DNA of 64,000 nucleotides from an uncultured cyanobacterium (GTDB taxonomy: Bacteria; Cyanobacteriota; Cyanobacteriia; Cyanobacteriales; Nostocaceae): assembly GCA_963706595.1 (NCBI GenBank), contig OY970166.1, forward strand, positions 4,576,001 through 4,640,000, read 5' to 3'. This document shows, in pieces, positions 1 to 8,871 of the stretch. The first letter of the stretch is position 1. Each line of letters begins with the position of its first letter. The notes beneath the pieces were generated by a model. That model was not told the origin of the DNA, made no database searches, and saw nothing but the letters and a program-made list of their open reading frames with translations. The position numbers were made by a program, and so were the translations under genes.

Positions 1-118
1 TTTCAGCTACAGACCGCAGCATATAAACGTATACCGATTTCGCCCCTTGCCCTCGTCCTTGTCCGGATTCAAATAAAACCGTTGCTCGTGGTCCAATCTT
101 TTTTCGTTGTGTTGCCAT
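1..118 (-). CDS. Hypothetical protein, 5' part only (MATQRKKIGPRATVLFESGQGRGQGAKSVYVYMLRSVAE...), runs off the left edge
   Basis: ATG at 118 preceded by GGAG. Frame is open to position 1 and co-oriented with the upstream operon. Confidence 0.65.
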   Translation of the reverse strand, partial: MATQRKKIGPRATVLFESGQGRGQGAKSVYVYMLRSVAE

Positions 119-147
119 TCAATTGCTCCAATGCTTAGTAATGGTTT

Positions 148-1167
148 TTAGAGATAATCAATTGCGATGATCACAACGTCACCATTGCCGGCGGCTTCAG
201 AGGTAAAAGGAATATTTGCGCTGATAGTGGCGACTCCAGCTTCCAGGTCGAATTGGACCTGAACGTTGTCCGGCTGGGAATCAGTGGGAACCACAAGTTT
301 TTCACTAGCAGCCAACAAAGTAGAAATTTCAATGAAGGCTTCCATGATAGTACTAGACTTTAGATCACCGCCGCCATTGACAAAACCAGAATAAGTAGAA
401 CCCAAGTAATCTTGTGCAACAATTTTGGTAGAACCATCTGTTTGTGCAGTTGCAATAATAGGAATTGTTGCTGCAACTGAAATAGTTCCAGTGTCGAACG
501 AAACGGTGGTAGCTAGGTTTCTTCGTGGGGTTAGTCCTGGGTTAGCTCCATTCCGAGCTTGTTCTGCCGCATCCATAGCCCTGGCCACTTCAAAGAATGC
601 CGATGGAATTTGTGTAGCGTTTAAAGTTCCCGCAGTTCCTGGGTCAAATGTACTCATTCGTTCCTCGCTGTAAAAAATGTAGTAACCGTATTTGTAATCA
701 GTTGTAGCCCGGAATTGTCCCAAATTGGCGGGGACAAACCAATCTAGATTCTTTGGGCTTAAGGTCGAAGAACCCACCGCAGTTAAAGAGACTGAACCGG
801 GAATAAATAACTTATTCTGCCGAAATACTAAATTAAATGCGGATTTCGAGAAAAAATCTTGAATTGGTGGTGGTACATTATCAATTACTTCCTGCCAGTC
901 AATGCTTGCAGTTTTTCCATTGGGGAATGTAATCGATGGGGCAGACTGGCTTTTGTTAGAACTTTTAGTTTTGACTATAGGAGTCTTAGGGAGTAAAATA
1001 TACCAATTTCGTTTCCATTTGTAAGCTATAGCTATCCCTTTCTTTAGCAGTCTCTTGAATAGCTTTAATAAATAAGTGTCTGCAAAATTGGTTATTTTAG
1101 CGAGGTCAGATAATTTAATTGCTAAATGCCCATTGATAACATAAATTTCAAATAGTTCTACCCTCAT
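148..1167 (-). CDS. Hypothetical protein; basic wHTH-like N-half plus a two-repeat C-half, probably also translated from an internal ATG at 657
   Basis: 339-aa ORF. GAGGAA precedes the in-frame ATG at 657. The last 169 aa are two ~80-aa repeats ending AQDYL and AIDYL. Confidence 0.7.
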   Translation of the reverse strand: MRVELFEIYVINGHLAIKLSDLAKITNFADTYLLKLFKRLLKKGIAIAYKWKRNWYILLPKTPIVKTKSSNKSQSAPSITFPNGKTASIDWQEVIDNVPPPIQDFFSKSAFNLVFRQNKLFIPGSVSLTAVGSSTLSPKNLDWFVPANLGQFRATTDYKYGYYIFYSEERMSTFDPGTAGTLNATQIPSAFFEVARAMDAAEQARNGANPGLTPRRNLATTVSFDTGTISVAATIPIIATAQTDGSTKIVAQDYLGSTYSGFVNGGGDLKSSTIMEAFIEISTLLAASEKLVVPTDSQPDNVQVQFDLEAGVATISANIPFTSEAAGNGDVVIIAIDYL

Positions 1168-3920
1168 GATTTCTTTTTATCTTTATCTCTCAAAGACAAA
1201 CTCCAAGTAGGCATATTATCTTTCTGCCCAGTTTTGAAGAAATGCACTCTAACCGGAACTACACGAACTTGTTTGTAGACTCCAGGGCGTTCGCCAATCT
1301 TGGGCGGTTGAATGTCTTTTAGGTATTTAGGGGCAATGTATGCTTTGAAAGCATTAATTACCCTCGTACATTCCGTCTTACTTTTCGCATTGATAATTAC
1401 TTTTGAATTATCATTAAGAACCAGAATTCCTTCAAAGTTTCCTTTTTCATATTGAGGAAATTTAGGCTTGAAATCCTTTCCTTTATTGTAGTGAGGAATT
1501 GTTATAGCCCATCGACTGCGACCAATTTTACCATCTTCAAAAACCTCAGCGTATTGAATGACTAACTGCGGACGCTGAAAAACTCGCACTTGCCACCACT
1601 CAGGAGTCACTAAATAGGAATCTTCATTATTTTTAGCTTCACATAATTTTGTGTTAGCCTTAGCCATCTCGGCATAAGAATTGCGAACTTTATTTATTTC
1701 ATTTCCTGTGGAGGTTGCCAAAACTTTGATTGTTATTTCCTTAGTTTCAGGTGTCCATACACCATCGCTTTCAGTACAAAGAATAGTATCAACTTTTATC
1801 TCTACCCAAGAAATATTAGAGGTGCATCGCTGTACTTGAGTACTAGTTTGATTCACAACATTAGTCAAACTATTGACTTGGTTATTAGTTGCATTGGTAA
1901 CGTTGGTCAGATTAGTGACTTGGTTATTAGTTGCATTGGTAACGTTGGTCAGATTAGTGACTTGGTTATTAGTTGCATTGGTAACGTTGGTCAGATTAGT
2001 GACTTGGTTATTAGTTGCATTGGTAACGTTGGTCAGATTAGTGACTTGGTTATTAGTTGCATTGGTAACGTTGGTCAGATTAGTGACTTGGTTATTCGTT
2101 GCGTTGGTAACGTTGGTCAGATTAGTGACTTGGTTATTAGTTGCATTGGTAACGTTGGTCAGATTAGTGACTTGGTTATTCGTTGCGTTGGTAACATTGG
2201 TCAAGTTGCTGACTTGGTTATTAGTTGCGTTGGTAACATTGGTCAAGTTGGTGACTTGAGTACCAAGTTTTGTAATATTTTGATTTGCATTATTAACTAT
2301 ATTTCCAGTATTTATAACTGTTGGTCTGAGAGCGGTGACAGCACTAGCAGTAGCCAATGAAGTAGTATTTAGTGCCACAGCCTGACCTTGTAAAGCTGCT
2401 ACTTGTCCCTGTAAAGCTGCTACTTGTCCTTGCAAAGCAAATACTTGAGTTGTGACAGGAACGATGGCCGCAGTTTGCGCAACCGTAGCTAGTGGCGATG
2501 CCTGATACCACATATTTAAGCCTTCAGGAAAGCATTTACCATTTGTCATTTCCTGGCATAATGCTTCCTGCATTGCGCTAGGCAATGCGTCTGTTTTTAG
2601 CCGAATATTATTGCTCAATACCTCTACGTTGGTTATTTTTGATTGCAAAACACCCAAAGCACCAAATATACCAGCTAATTCTGCCATATTAAATTTGCCA
2701 TCCTTACCACGCTGACCAGTCAAACCACGCTGACCAGTCAAACCACGTTCTCCAGTCAAACCACGCTGACCAGTCAAACCACGTTCTCCAGTCAAACCAC
2801 GCTGACCAGTCAAACCACGCTGACCAGTCAAACCACGCTGACCAGTCAAACCACGCTGACCAGTCAAACCACGTTCTCCAGTCAAACCACGCTGACCAGT
2901 CAAACCACGCTGACCAGTCAAACCACGTTCTCCAGTCAAACCACGCTGACCAGTCAAACCACGCTGACCAGTCAAACCACGCTGACCAGTCAAACCACGT
3001 TCTCCAGTCAAACCACGCTGACCAGTCAAACCACGTTCTCCAGTCAAACCACGCTGACCAGTCAAACCACGCTGACCAGTCAAACCACGCTGACCAGTCA
3101 AACCACGCTGACCAGTCAAACCACGTTCTCCAGTCAAACCACGCTGACCAGTCAAACCACGCTGACCAGTCAAACCACGTTCTCCAGTCAAACCACGCTG
3201 ACCAGTCAAACCACGCTGACCAGTCAAACCACGCTGACCAGTCAAACCACGTTCTCCAGTCAAACCACGCTGACCAGTCAAACCACGCTGACCAGTCAAA
3301 CCACGTTCTCCAGTCAAACCACGCTGACCAGTCAAACCACGCTGACCAGTCAAACCACGCTGACCAGTCAAACCACGCTGACCAGTCAAACCACGCTGAC
3401 CAGTCAAACCACGCTGACCAGTCAAACCACGTTCCCCCTGAAGTCCTCGCGGTCCGGGGATAGCTTTTGCTCTTAGTGCCGATTCAGCCGTAGCTAATGC
3501 TTGATTGGCAGTATTTTTAATGGGTAAAAGTAATCCCAGCACGCGAGAAATATCAGCCCCAAGCGCTGATAAACCACGCTCTACAGCATCAATTCTCGCC
3601 CCTAGTACTTGCAGTGCTGCAATTGATGCCAAGATTCCCGTAATAGTAAATGCTAATGCGGCGACCTTAGTCGCGGCGGCGGCGGCGGCGGCGGCGGCTC
3701 CCTTGGCGATTGCTTCTATAGCGAGAAATTTTATTGCCAGCCCTGCGATCGCAGCTGCTATTAATTGCTCGGTACGAGGCATGATTAGAGCCTCAGCCCC
3801 GGCTATGGAAGATTGGATAATTTGAGGTTTTTCACTCTTCAGAACATACTTTCCATCCAGGGCGGCGATCGCCGCACTCAAAGCAGCAATTTCGCCCGAT
3901 ATTTCGTTACAAGAACTCAC
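1164..3920 (-). CDS. Collagen-like / coiled-coil fibre protein (putative phage-like fibre or spike)
   Basis: 918 aa: Ala-rich helical N-terminus, 40 x GLTG(Q/E)R, 9 x 14-aa heptad-pair repeat, globular C-terminus. Confidence 0.8.
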   Translation of the reverse strand: MSSCNEISGEIAALSAAIAALDGKYVLKSEKPQIIQSSIAGAEALIMPRTEQLIAAAIAGLAIKFLAIEAIAKGAAAAAAAAATKVAALAFTITGILASIAALQVLGARIDAVERGLSALGADISRVLGLLLPIKNTANQALATAESALRAKAIPGPRGLQGERGLTGQRGLTGQRGLTGQRGLTGQRGLTGQRGLTGQRGLTGERGLTGQRGLTGQRGLTGERGLTGQRGLTGQRGLTGQRGLTGERGLTGQRGLTGQRGLTGERGLTGQRGLTGQRGLTGQRGLTGQRGLTGERGLTGQRGLTGERGLTGQRGLTGQRGLTGQRGLTGERGLTGQRGLTGQRGLTGERGLTGQRGLTGQRGLTGQRGLTGQRGLTGERGLTGQRGLTGERGLTGQRGLTGQRGKDGKFNMAELAGIFGALGVLQSKITNVEVLSNNIRLKTDALPSAMQEALCQEMTNGKCFPEGLNMWYQASPLATVAQTAAIVPVTTQVFALQGQVAALQGQVAALQGQAVALNTTSLATASAVTALRPTVINTGNIVNNANQNITKLGTQVTNLTNVTNATNNQVSNLTNVTNATNNQVTNLTNVTNATNNQVTNLTNVTNATNNQVTNLTNVTNATNNQVTNLTNVTNATNNQVTNLTNVTNATNNQVTNLTNVTNATNNQVTNLTNVTNATNNQVNSLTNVVNQTSTQVQRCTSNISWVEIKVDTILCTESDGVWTPETKEITIKVLATSTGNEINKVRNSYAEMAKANTKLCEAKNNEDSYLVTPEWWQVRVFQRPQLVIQYAEVFEDGKIGRSRWAITIPHYNKGKDFKPKFPQYEKGNFEGILVLNDNSKVIINAKSKTECTRVINAFKAYIAPKYLKDIQPPKIGERPGVYKQVRVVPVRVHFFKTGQKDNMPTWSLSLRDKDKKKS
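1875..2252 (-). repeat. 9 x 42-bp coding tandem repeat (NLTNVTNATNNQVT)
   Basis: Unit gacttggttattagttgcattggtaacgttggtcagattagt repeated head to tail with few variants. Confidence 0.95.
2709..3428 (-). repeat. 40 x 18-bp coding tandem repeat (GLTGQR/GLTGER collagen triplets)
   Basis: Only two unit types, acgctgaccagtcaaacc and acgttctccagtcaaacc. Confidence 0.95.
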
Positions 3921-4277
3921 TCATTTAATCCCCGCGATTTGTGCGCGCAATGCCGACAATTCATTGAAAATACGCTTGCAATCCAAGCAGCAATCGCCGC
4001 AGTCCAGGTTATTAGGCGGGCAAGGCGATTCACACTCTGTACAGCTACCAGAGGTATTTCCGGATATTGGAGCGCTAGTTCTTGCTTCGGATAAGCTCTG
4101 AGTACCGCTCCGATAGTAATACCAATGAGCCACTTGCCGGACTCCATCTACTATCAGATGGTATCCCAGTCCATTGAAGGAGTAAGATGCGGCATATCCA
4201 CAAGCAAAATGCTCGTAATAAGCATCATTATTGACACCTTGTCCTGAAAATCGCCAGCATTTCTTAGCCGCCGCCAT
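3921..4277 (-). CDS. Small Cys-rich hypothetical protein
   Basis: 118 aa with CxxCxxxC and CxxCCxxC clusters; tightly coupled to both neighbours. Confidence 0.7.
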   Translation of the reverse strand: MAAAKKCWRFSGQGVNNDAYYEHFACGYAASYSFNGLGYHLIVDGVRQVAHWYYYRSGTQSLSEARTSAPISGNTSGSCTECESPCPPNNLDCGDCCLDCKRIFNELSALRAQIAGIK

Positions 4278-4630
4278 TAGTAATCATTCGGATCGCGAAC
4301 GTTGTCCGTGGATGGTTTCCACAAGTTAATCGTTATGGGGTCGTTTCTGTATTCAATTGCGGGTTCACCCCGTTGGGTGATATTTGAAAATCCATCTTCA
4401 AGCACAATTGACTGCTCAAGATTAGTCTCAAAGTTAGCTGGTGATAAATAAGCTTTAGCACCCAAAACAATACTGACTAAATGTCCTTCAGCTGTTGCCG
4501 TTTCTGGAGTCGTCAACCCAGATGCCACTAACGCACTATCGGGAATGAATAACCCTGCCTCTGGTGCTGGGTGTGTCACCGCTAAACGTACTGCCCCAAT
4601 GCCAAAAATTTGAGGGATGGTTGGTTCCAT
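4277..4630 (-). CDS. Hypothetical protein, putative small structural protein of the element
   Basis: 117-aa first gene of the leftward operon (MEPTIPQIFG...DPNDY); stop overlaps the next start. Confidence 0.7.
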   Translation of the reverse strand: MEPTIPQIFGIGAVRLAVTHPAPEAGLFIPDSALVASGLTTPETATAEGHLVSIVLGAKAYLSPANFETNLEQSIVLEDGFSNITQRGEPAIEYRNDPITINLWKPSTDNVRDPNDY

Positions 4631-4831
4631 GAATCTTTATCAATATTGTTAATACATAATTAATAATTCAATACATCAATGATGTAAACTTCCACTTTTA
4701 TGTAAAACTGGAACAATTATTAATACGCTCAAACTATTGGCACTACTGGGTTTGATGGCTACACTAATGATATCTGAAATATCAAATATTCCAGATTAAC
4801 CAATTAGGATGGTTAAAGATGAAGTGATTTT

Positions 4832-5413
4832 ATGAAAAACAACAGGCATGGACAAGCTGAAATTTTAACTAATTCGGAATTTTATAAAATTCGCCAACAC
4901 ATTAAAAGTAAAAAATATAAATTACTTCTTGACCTGGCGTGGTACACGGGGGAGAGGTGGGGCGCAATTACAAAATTAAAAGTTGAAGATGTCTATAATT
5001 CTGATGGTAGCCCTAGATGTGAGATTACTTTTCGTGCTGCCACACGCAAAGCCGCGCCAGACGGAGTAAGAAAAACTAGACAGTTACCAGTTCATACTGT
5101 TCTGGAAGAGTCGTTATTATCCTACAAGCCGGAATTTAACTCTGTTTGGTTGTTCCCGTGTCGGGATGGGTTGAAGCCGATTAGCTTCAAATGGGCAGAT
5201 TTGATTTTTCGCACTGCCGTAGAAAATGCTGGACTAGCCACCAAGGGGATTAGTACCCATAGCACCCGCCGGACTTTCATTACCAAACTGCACAGGCAAG
5301 GCACAGATTTGTACACAATAAAGAAAATTACAGGACACCAAGATTTTAAATCACTAGAAAAATACGTAGAAATTGATTGCGATCGCGTCAAAGGCGCTAT
5401 CAACACATTGTGA
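4832..5413 (+). CDS. Tyrosine recombinase, catalytic domain only
   Basis: YTGERW (R), HSTRR (HxxR), TGH and EKY (Y) motifs; 193 aa with no N-terminal binding domain. Confidence 0.9.
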   Translation: MKNNRHGQAEILTNSEFYKIRQHIKSKKYKLLLDLAWYTGERWGAITKLKVEDVYNSDGSPRCEITFRAATRKAAPDGVRKTRQLPVHTVLEESLLSYKPEFNSVWLFPCRDGLKPISFKWADLIFRTAVENAGLATKGISTHSTRRTFITKLHRQGTDLYTIKKITGHQDFKSLEKYVEIDCDRVKGAINTL

Positions 5414-5495
5414 TATATTTGTACTAGTAAACTGGCTGATAAGATGCACCCCTGAATGAGGAAATATGGTCTAGCGCGTAGACCATACCTTTTTT

Positions 5496-6365
5496 TCAAA
5501 GCTTGTAACCATTCATGCCAAAACCACCGCGAATGAAGTTTTTAATTTCACTCGGCGATTTACCCTGCGCAATCGCACTCTCAACCATCTGCTTTCTATC
5601 AATGGCCATCGGATTTTCATAATTTCCCCCAGGAATATGGATGTGATGAATCCCACGCACATAGTAGCAATACCGGAAATACCAGTGCTTTACACCTGAA
5701 CGCTTAACATAATATTCCTCAACCCATTGGTTATTACGTTGTTCTGGAAGAGTAGGAGTGTGCGGTTGTAAATCTTGTTCTGGAAGTTCTGGAAAAGGAA
5801 GAGTGAGTTCTATAAAATCACCATCGTTAAAGTCTGACTCTTCCAGAACATCGTCCAAAGCACGGGACATCATTTCATCCCGGTCAGGTGGCGGAACTCT
5901 CTCACCTGGGTAAGTTTCATTTATGAACTCAATCGCGTCAAGTTCAGCATCCAAATGGGTGTTGTAGTTGCCCTGGAAAGTTCCACAGAGCAGGTAGTCA
6001 TCGTAGACAGTCCATTGAATTTGGTTGTTAGGTAATTTAAAAAACTTGCAAGTATAACCACGGTAATTCTTCTGCCACCGATGCTTTTCATCAGATGTCG
6101 TAGTGTCTACATTAGGTTCTTCCAGAACACTGAATCCTTCTGGCATCGGAAACCGTGACTGCCAATCACTAAACCGCAATTCAAACTCTGCAAGTGAATC
6201 ACAATCGTCTGGCTCTGGTGGTTCTTGGGAATCGTCGTAAAAAAGTGTGAGTTGACCGTTCTCATCTCTTCCAGAAAACTCAGCGTCTAGTATTACTTCA
6301 TCCCAAAAAGGATCATGAACAGTCTTGACGGTGGTGTACTGCTCAACGTCGAATAATAGTGTCAT
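5496..6365 (-). CDS. Hypothetical protein of the mobile element (acidic PPEPDD N-terminus, HHIHIPGGN C-terminal domain)
   Basis: 289-aa ORF directly downstream of the HTH gene. Confidence 0.7.
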   Translation of the reverse strand: MTLLFDVEQYTTVKTVHDPFWDEVILDAEFSGRDENGQLTLFYDDSQEPPEPDDCDSLAEFELRFSDWQSRFPMPEGFSVLEEPNVDTTTSDEKHRWQKNYRGYTCKFFKLPNNQIQWTVYDDYLLCGTFQGNYNTHLDAELDAIEFINETYPGERVPPPDRDEMMSRALDDVLEESDFNDGDFIELTLPFPELPEQDLQPHTPTLPEQRNNQWVEEYYVKRSGVKHWYFRYCYYVRGIHHIHIPGGNYENPMAIDRKQMVESAIAQGKSPSEIKNFIRGGFGMNGYKL

Positions 6366-6368
6366 TGG

Positions 6369-7256
6369 TTATTGGTTATTGGTTATCAGTCGTTGGGGAT
6401 ATCGCTGCATCATTTCTTTGAGGTCGTGGGGATTACCGTCATTGTCATACACCGTCACCCCTCCTGAAATAGCACTGACAATTCCTTGTTGCCTCGCCCA
6501 ATTGAACCAGATGCTCAATTCAGAAGTCACTGTGTTCTTAGGCTTCTCCCCAGTTTTGCAGCTGTTGATGAATAAGCCTGTGGGATTGCTGCACCACCCT
6601 TCATTAACTGCTTCTTTTACACGAGCTACAGCACTGGCGACATTGCCCCAGTATTTCTTGATTACACCCAAGCAAGGTTCTGGGTTAATCCTCAGTGTTC
6701 TTAATTCAATGCAAACCTGCCCAACTTCAGCTTTAGTAGGCGCTGCGGGTGCAATTACCTCATGCTCTTGTTCAATTTCTTGTTCATGATCATCAATGAA
6801 AGTTTCCTCAACAGCAGTGTTGTTTTCTTTTAAACTACTTAAGTTAGTTTTATATGTTGCGACATTTCCAGCAGGTACTTGTGGAATAATTGGCACGTCT
6901 GTGTGAAATATTTCGCATCGTTGAGAATCTACATCTGGCGCGATTCTTTCAAGATTCAACCTGTACTGACTGGCAGTATCTTTGGGAAAGCAGTGTGACG
7001 GCTGCTCATCCAAAATCCCATCAAAGACCAATTCTTTGATGTGCCGGCTGATGGTTGCCCGGCAGTAACCCAGGATGTCCGCTAGGTCTTCAAAGGTAAC
7101 TCTCACCCATTCGTGCTTGTAGTAAAGTTTGCCGTCAAACCAGGACAAGATAGCCGCCTTGCACTTCTGGCGACGGTTGAATGTGGCTAAAAATTCTCTG
7201 AGAATGTTGATAGGGGTATTAATTTCGCCAAAGGTGGCGGAGGTAAAGTTTGTCAC
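6369..7256 (-). CDS. HTH-containing putative replication initiator
   Basis: VTFEDLADILGYCRATISRHIKELV wHTH motif; GGAGG before the GTG start; C-terminal NPTGLF motif. Confidence 0.6.
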   Translation of the reverse strand: MTNFTSATFGEINTPINILREFLATFNRRQKCKAAILSWFDGKLYYKHEWVRVTFEDLADILGYCRATISRHIKELVFDGILDEQPSHCFPKDTASQYRLNLERIAPDVDSQRCEIFHTDVPIIPQVPAGNVATYKTNLSSLKENNTAVEETFIDDHEQEIEQEHEVIAPAAPTKAEVGQVCIELRTLRINPEPCLGVIKKYWGNVASAVARVKEAVNEGWCSNPTGLFINSCKTGEKPKNTVTSELSIWFNWARQQGIVSAISGGVTVYDNDGNPHDLKEMMQRYPQRLITNNQ

Positions 7257-7324
7257 TGCTAATACCTCCGTGCTAATTGAGTCGAAAATGTGGGAATACT
7301 CATGAGGTAGCTACTGGAGTTGAG

Positions 7325-7594
7325 ATGGGTGATAAATTTGGTTTAAGCCCCAGTGATGTTGTGTCTATGGATGAAGACAAAAGCATTGTTGGAAGCACGT
7401 TTAAAGTCAAGGAAATGCTTCTTAGCCTAGCCGATAGGTCAATCAACGATGACTTTATTACTCAGTGGATAGGGACAGGAGTAGAGTGTGAGGTTTTGAT
7501 CAGTGGGCAGGACTGGCGGAAGGGCAAAGTGAGAATTTCTCTGGAGTTCATTCCTGACCAGCCACTGTCACCACTTGATGATCTGCGGGAATAA
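7325..7594 (+). CDS. KGK domain protein
   Basis: GVECEVL...WRKGKVRISLEFIPD signature; GGAG upstream of ATG 7325. Confidence 0.8.
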   Translation: MGDKFGLSPSDVVSMDEDKSIVGSTFKVKEMLLSLADRSINDDFITQWIGTGVECEVLISGQDWRKGKVRISLEFIPDQPLSPLDDLRE

Positions 7595-7615
7595 CTGAAA
7601 TAGTCACCACGAAAA

Positions 7616-7646
7616 AACCGTCCTGACCTGTGGTAGGTGGACGGTT
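7616..7646. terminator. Hairpin between convergent genes
   Basis: AACCGTCC (7616-7623) / GGACGGTT (7639-7646), with an A-run on the left side. Confidence 0.6.
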
Positions 7647-7979
7647 CTATTCAGAATCTTGAATTTCGGAAATCTGCTTTAACTCTTCAATTCTTTGTCT
7701 CAGAAGGCTTGCTTGTTGTTCATGATATGCCAGCTGTTTGTCAGCCTCACAAATTAGCTGGCTGAGAAGTTTCCCAGCGATTCCTTCAACCGACTCCCCT
7801 CTGAGGACAGATATATCTGACTTGTGGCTATCTTCTCCACAAGCTCTGATCTGGTAAGTCCCATGCTCTGTGCTAACTCCTGAAAAAGTTCCCAAGCATC
7901 GGGATTCACTTTTAAGCTTACCCCCTTGGTTTCCCGTCCTTTGGGCCGTCCCGTTCTCGCCATAGTAATTGTCCTGCAT
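7647..7979 (-). CDS. Hypothetical protein with C-terminal coiled coil, overlapping the RHH gene in another frame
   Basis: 110-aa ORF; C-terminus GKLLSQLICEADKQLAYHEQQASLLRQRIEELKQ is heptad-like. Confidence 0.45.
   Translation of the reverse strand: MQDNYYGENGTAQRTGNQGGKLKSESRCLGTFSGVSTEHGTYQIRACGEDSHKSDISVLRGESVEGIAGKLLSQLICEADKQLAYHEQQASLLRQRIEELKQISEIQDSE
7754..7963 (-). CDS. Ribbon-helix-helix (CopG-like) regulator
   Basis: KGVSLKVNPDAWELFQELAQSMGLTRSELVEKI fits the beta-alpha-alpha RHH pattern. Confidence 0.75.
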   Translation of the reverse strand: MARTGRPKGRETKGVSLKVNPDAWELFQELAQSMGLTRSELVEKIATSQIYLSSEGSRLKESLGNFSAS

Positions 7980-7996
7980 AATATTCTGCTTTTAAT

Positions 7997-8086
7997 TATT
8001 GCATATCCAAAAATCCATTAATTAATATTGACACAGGATATCTGGATATGCAATAGTAAGATTGTTGGATTTTTGGATATCCAATA
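7997..8086. promoter_or_regulatory. Divergent promoter region with three ~20-bp operator-like boxes
   Basis: Boxes at 7997-8017 (inverted), 8036-8055 and 8066-8086, consensus GGATwTyTGGATATsCAATA; TTGACA at 8028-8033. Confidence 0.65.
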
Positions 8087-8427
8087 GCTCCCACCCCACA
8101 CCGGGGATTACCACACGGAGCAAGCACCCACGCCTAGAACTTGCGTGGAACAACCTTGACCAATGACTAATATCAGCGCTTGCGCTTCACCAAAGCGCTG
8201 CAAACTTGTTCTTTCATGGAGGGAAACTTAGACGACAATCATCAAAAAAACCAGGGATAAACACTCTTTTTTCATTTCCCCAGTAAAGGCTAATTACTGG
8301 GGTTTCTCCCTAACACAAGCCAATTTGTCACTGAATTTATAAGGTTTTCTTGGTGGTGTTGCGGCATCACCAAGTTTCTCATAATGTCTGCGTTAATGTC
8401 TGCATTGCACATATAACCATCAAAACT

Positions 8428-8586
8428 ATGAGCTATAAACAAGCCTCACCCTGGGCTGTCTTTAGAGTAGAAGATTTTGGAAATCTTTTACTAACAAGAT
8501 TCCGCAAGCGTAGCGACGCTGATGAATATGCAAAACTTCTCAGAAACAACACACCCTACAAAATTGAGGTGGTATTCGACGTATGA
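8428..8586 (+). CDS. Small hypothetical protein (52 aa)
   Basis: MSYKQASPWAVFR...RFRKRSDADEY...EVVFDV; stop overlaps the next ATG (ATGA). Confidence 0.65.
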   Translation: MSYKQASPWAVFRVEDFGNLLLTRFRKRSDADEYAKLLRNNTPYKIEVVFDV

Positions 8587-8867
8587 CACAAAAATCACTA
8601 TTACCCTACGATGGCAATTACGCTTTAATTCACAAGCGGACGCTACTGGTTAACAGTATGGTTTTGACTGCGATGACAGAATTTATCTCGCAAAATTCAT
8701 CTATCACAAGCGAACAACTAGCTCTACTGTTTGGTGAAACTGCTAATAAAATTGTTGCTGCTATGTCCGATGAAACAGTCAATGCCAACGCTTGCGGCTT
8801 AATTTCAAAGTCCATCATAAACAATGGCGTTTCTTCATTTGTTGAATACCATTCCAGTAAAGAATAA
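8583..8867 (+). CDS. Hypothetical protein
   Basis: 94-aa ORF in the operon. Confidence 0.55.
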   Translation: MTQKSLLPYDGNYALIHKRTLLVNSMVLTAMTEFISQNSSITSEQLALLFGETANKIVAAMSDETVNANACGLISKSIINNGVSSFVEYHSSKE

Positions 8868-8871
8868 CATC

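Noticed and set aside
1875..2252. Possible CRISPR array (regular 42-bp period)
   Set aside because: Head-to-tail repeats without unique spacers, in frame within the fibre gene; no cas genes.
1836..2360. Plus-strand repetitive ORFs (174 aa and 128 aa)
   Set aside because: Antisense shadows of the coding tandem repeat.
6194..6202. GTGAATCAC as candidate left junction of the IS110 unit
   Set aside because: Flanks (CAA.../...AAT) do not match the predicted TTAGTGAATCACC, and it lies inside an intact ORF.
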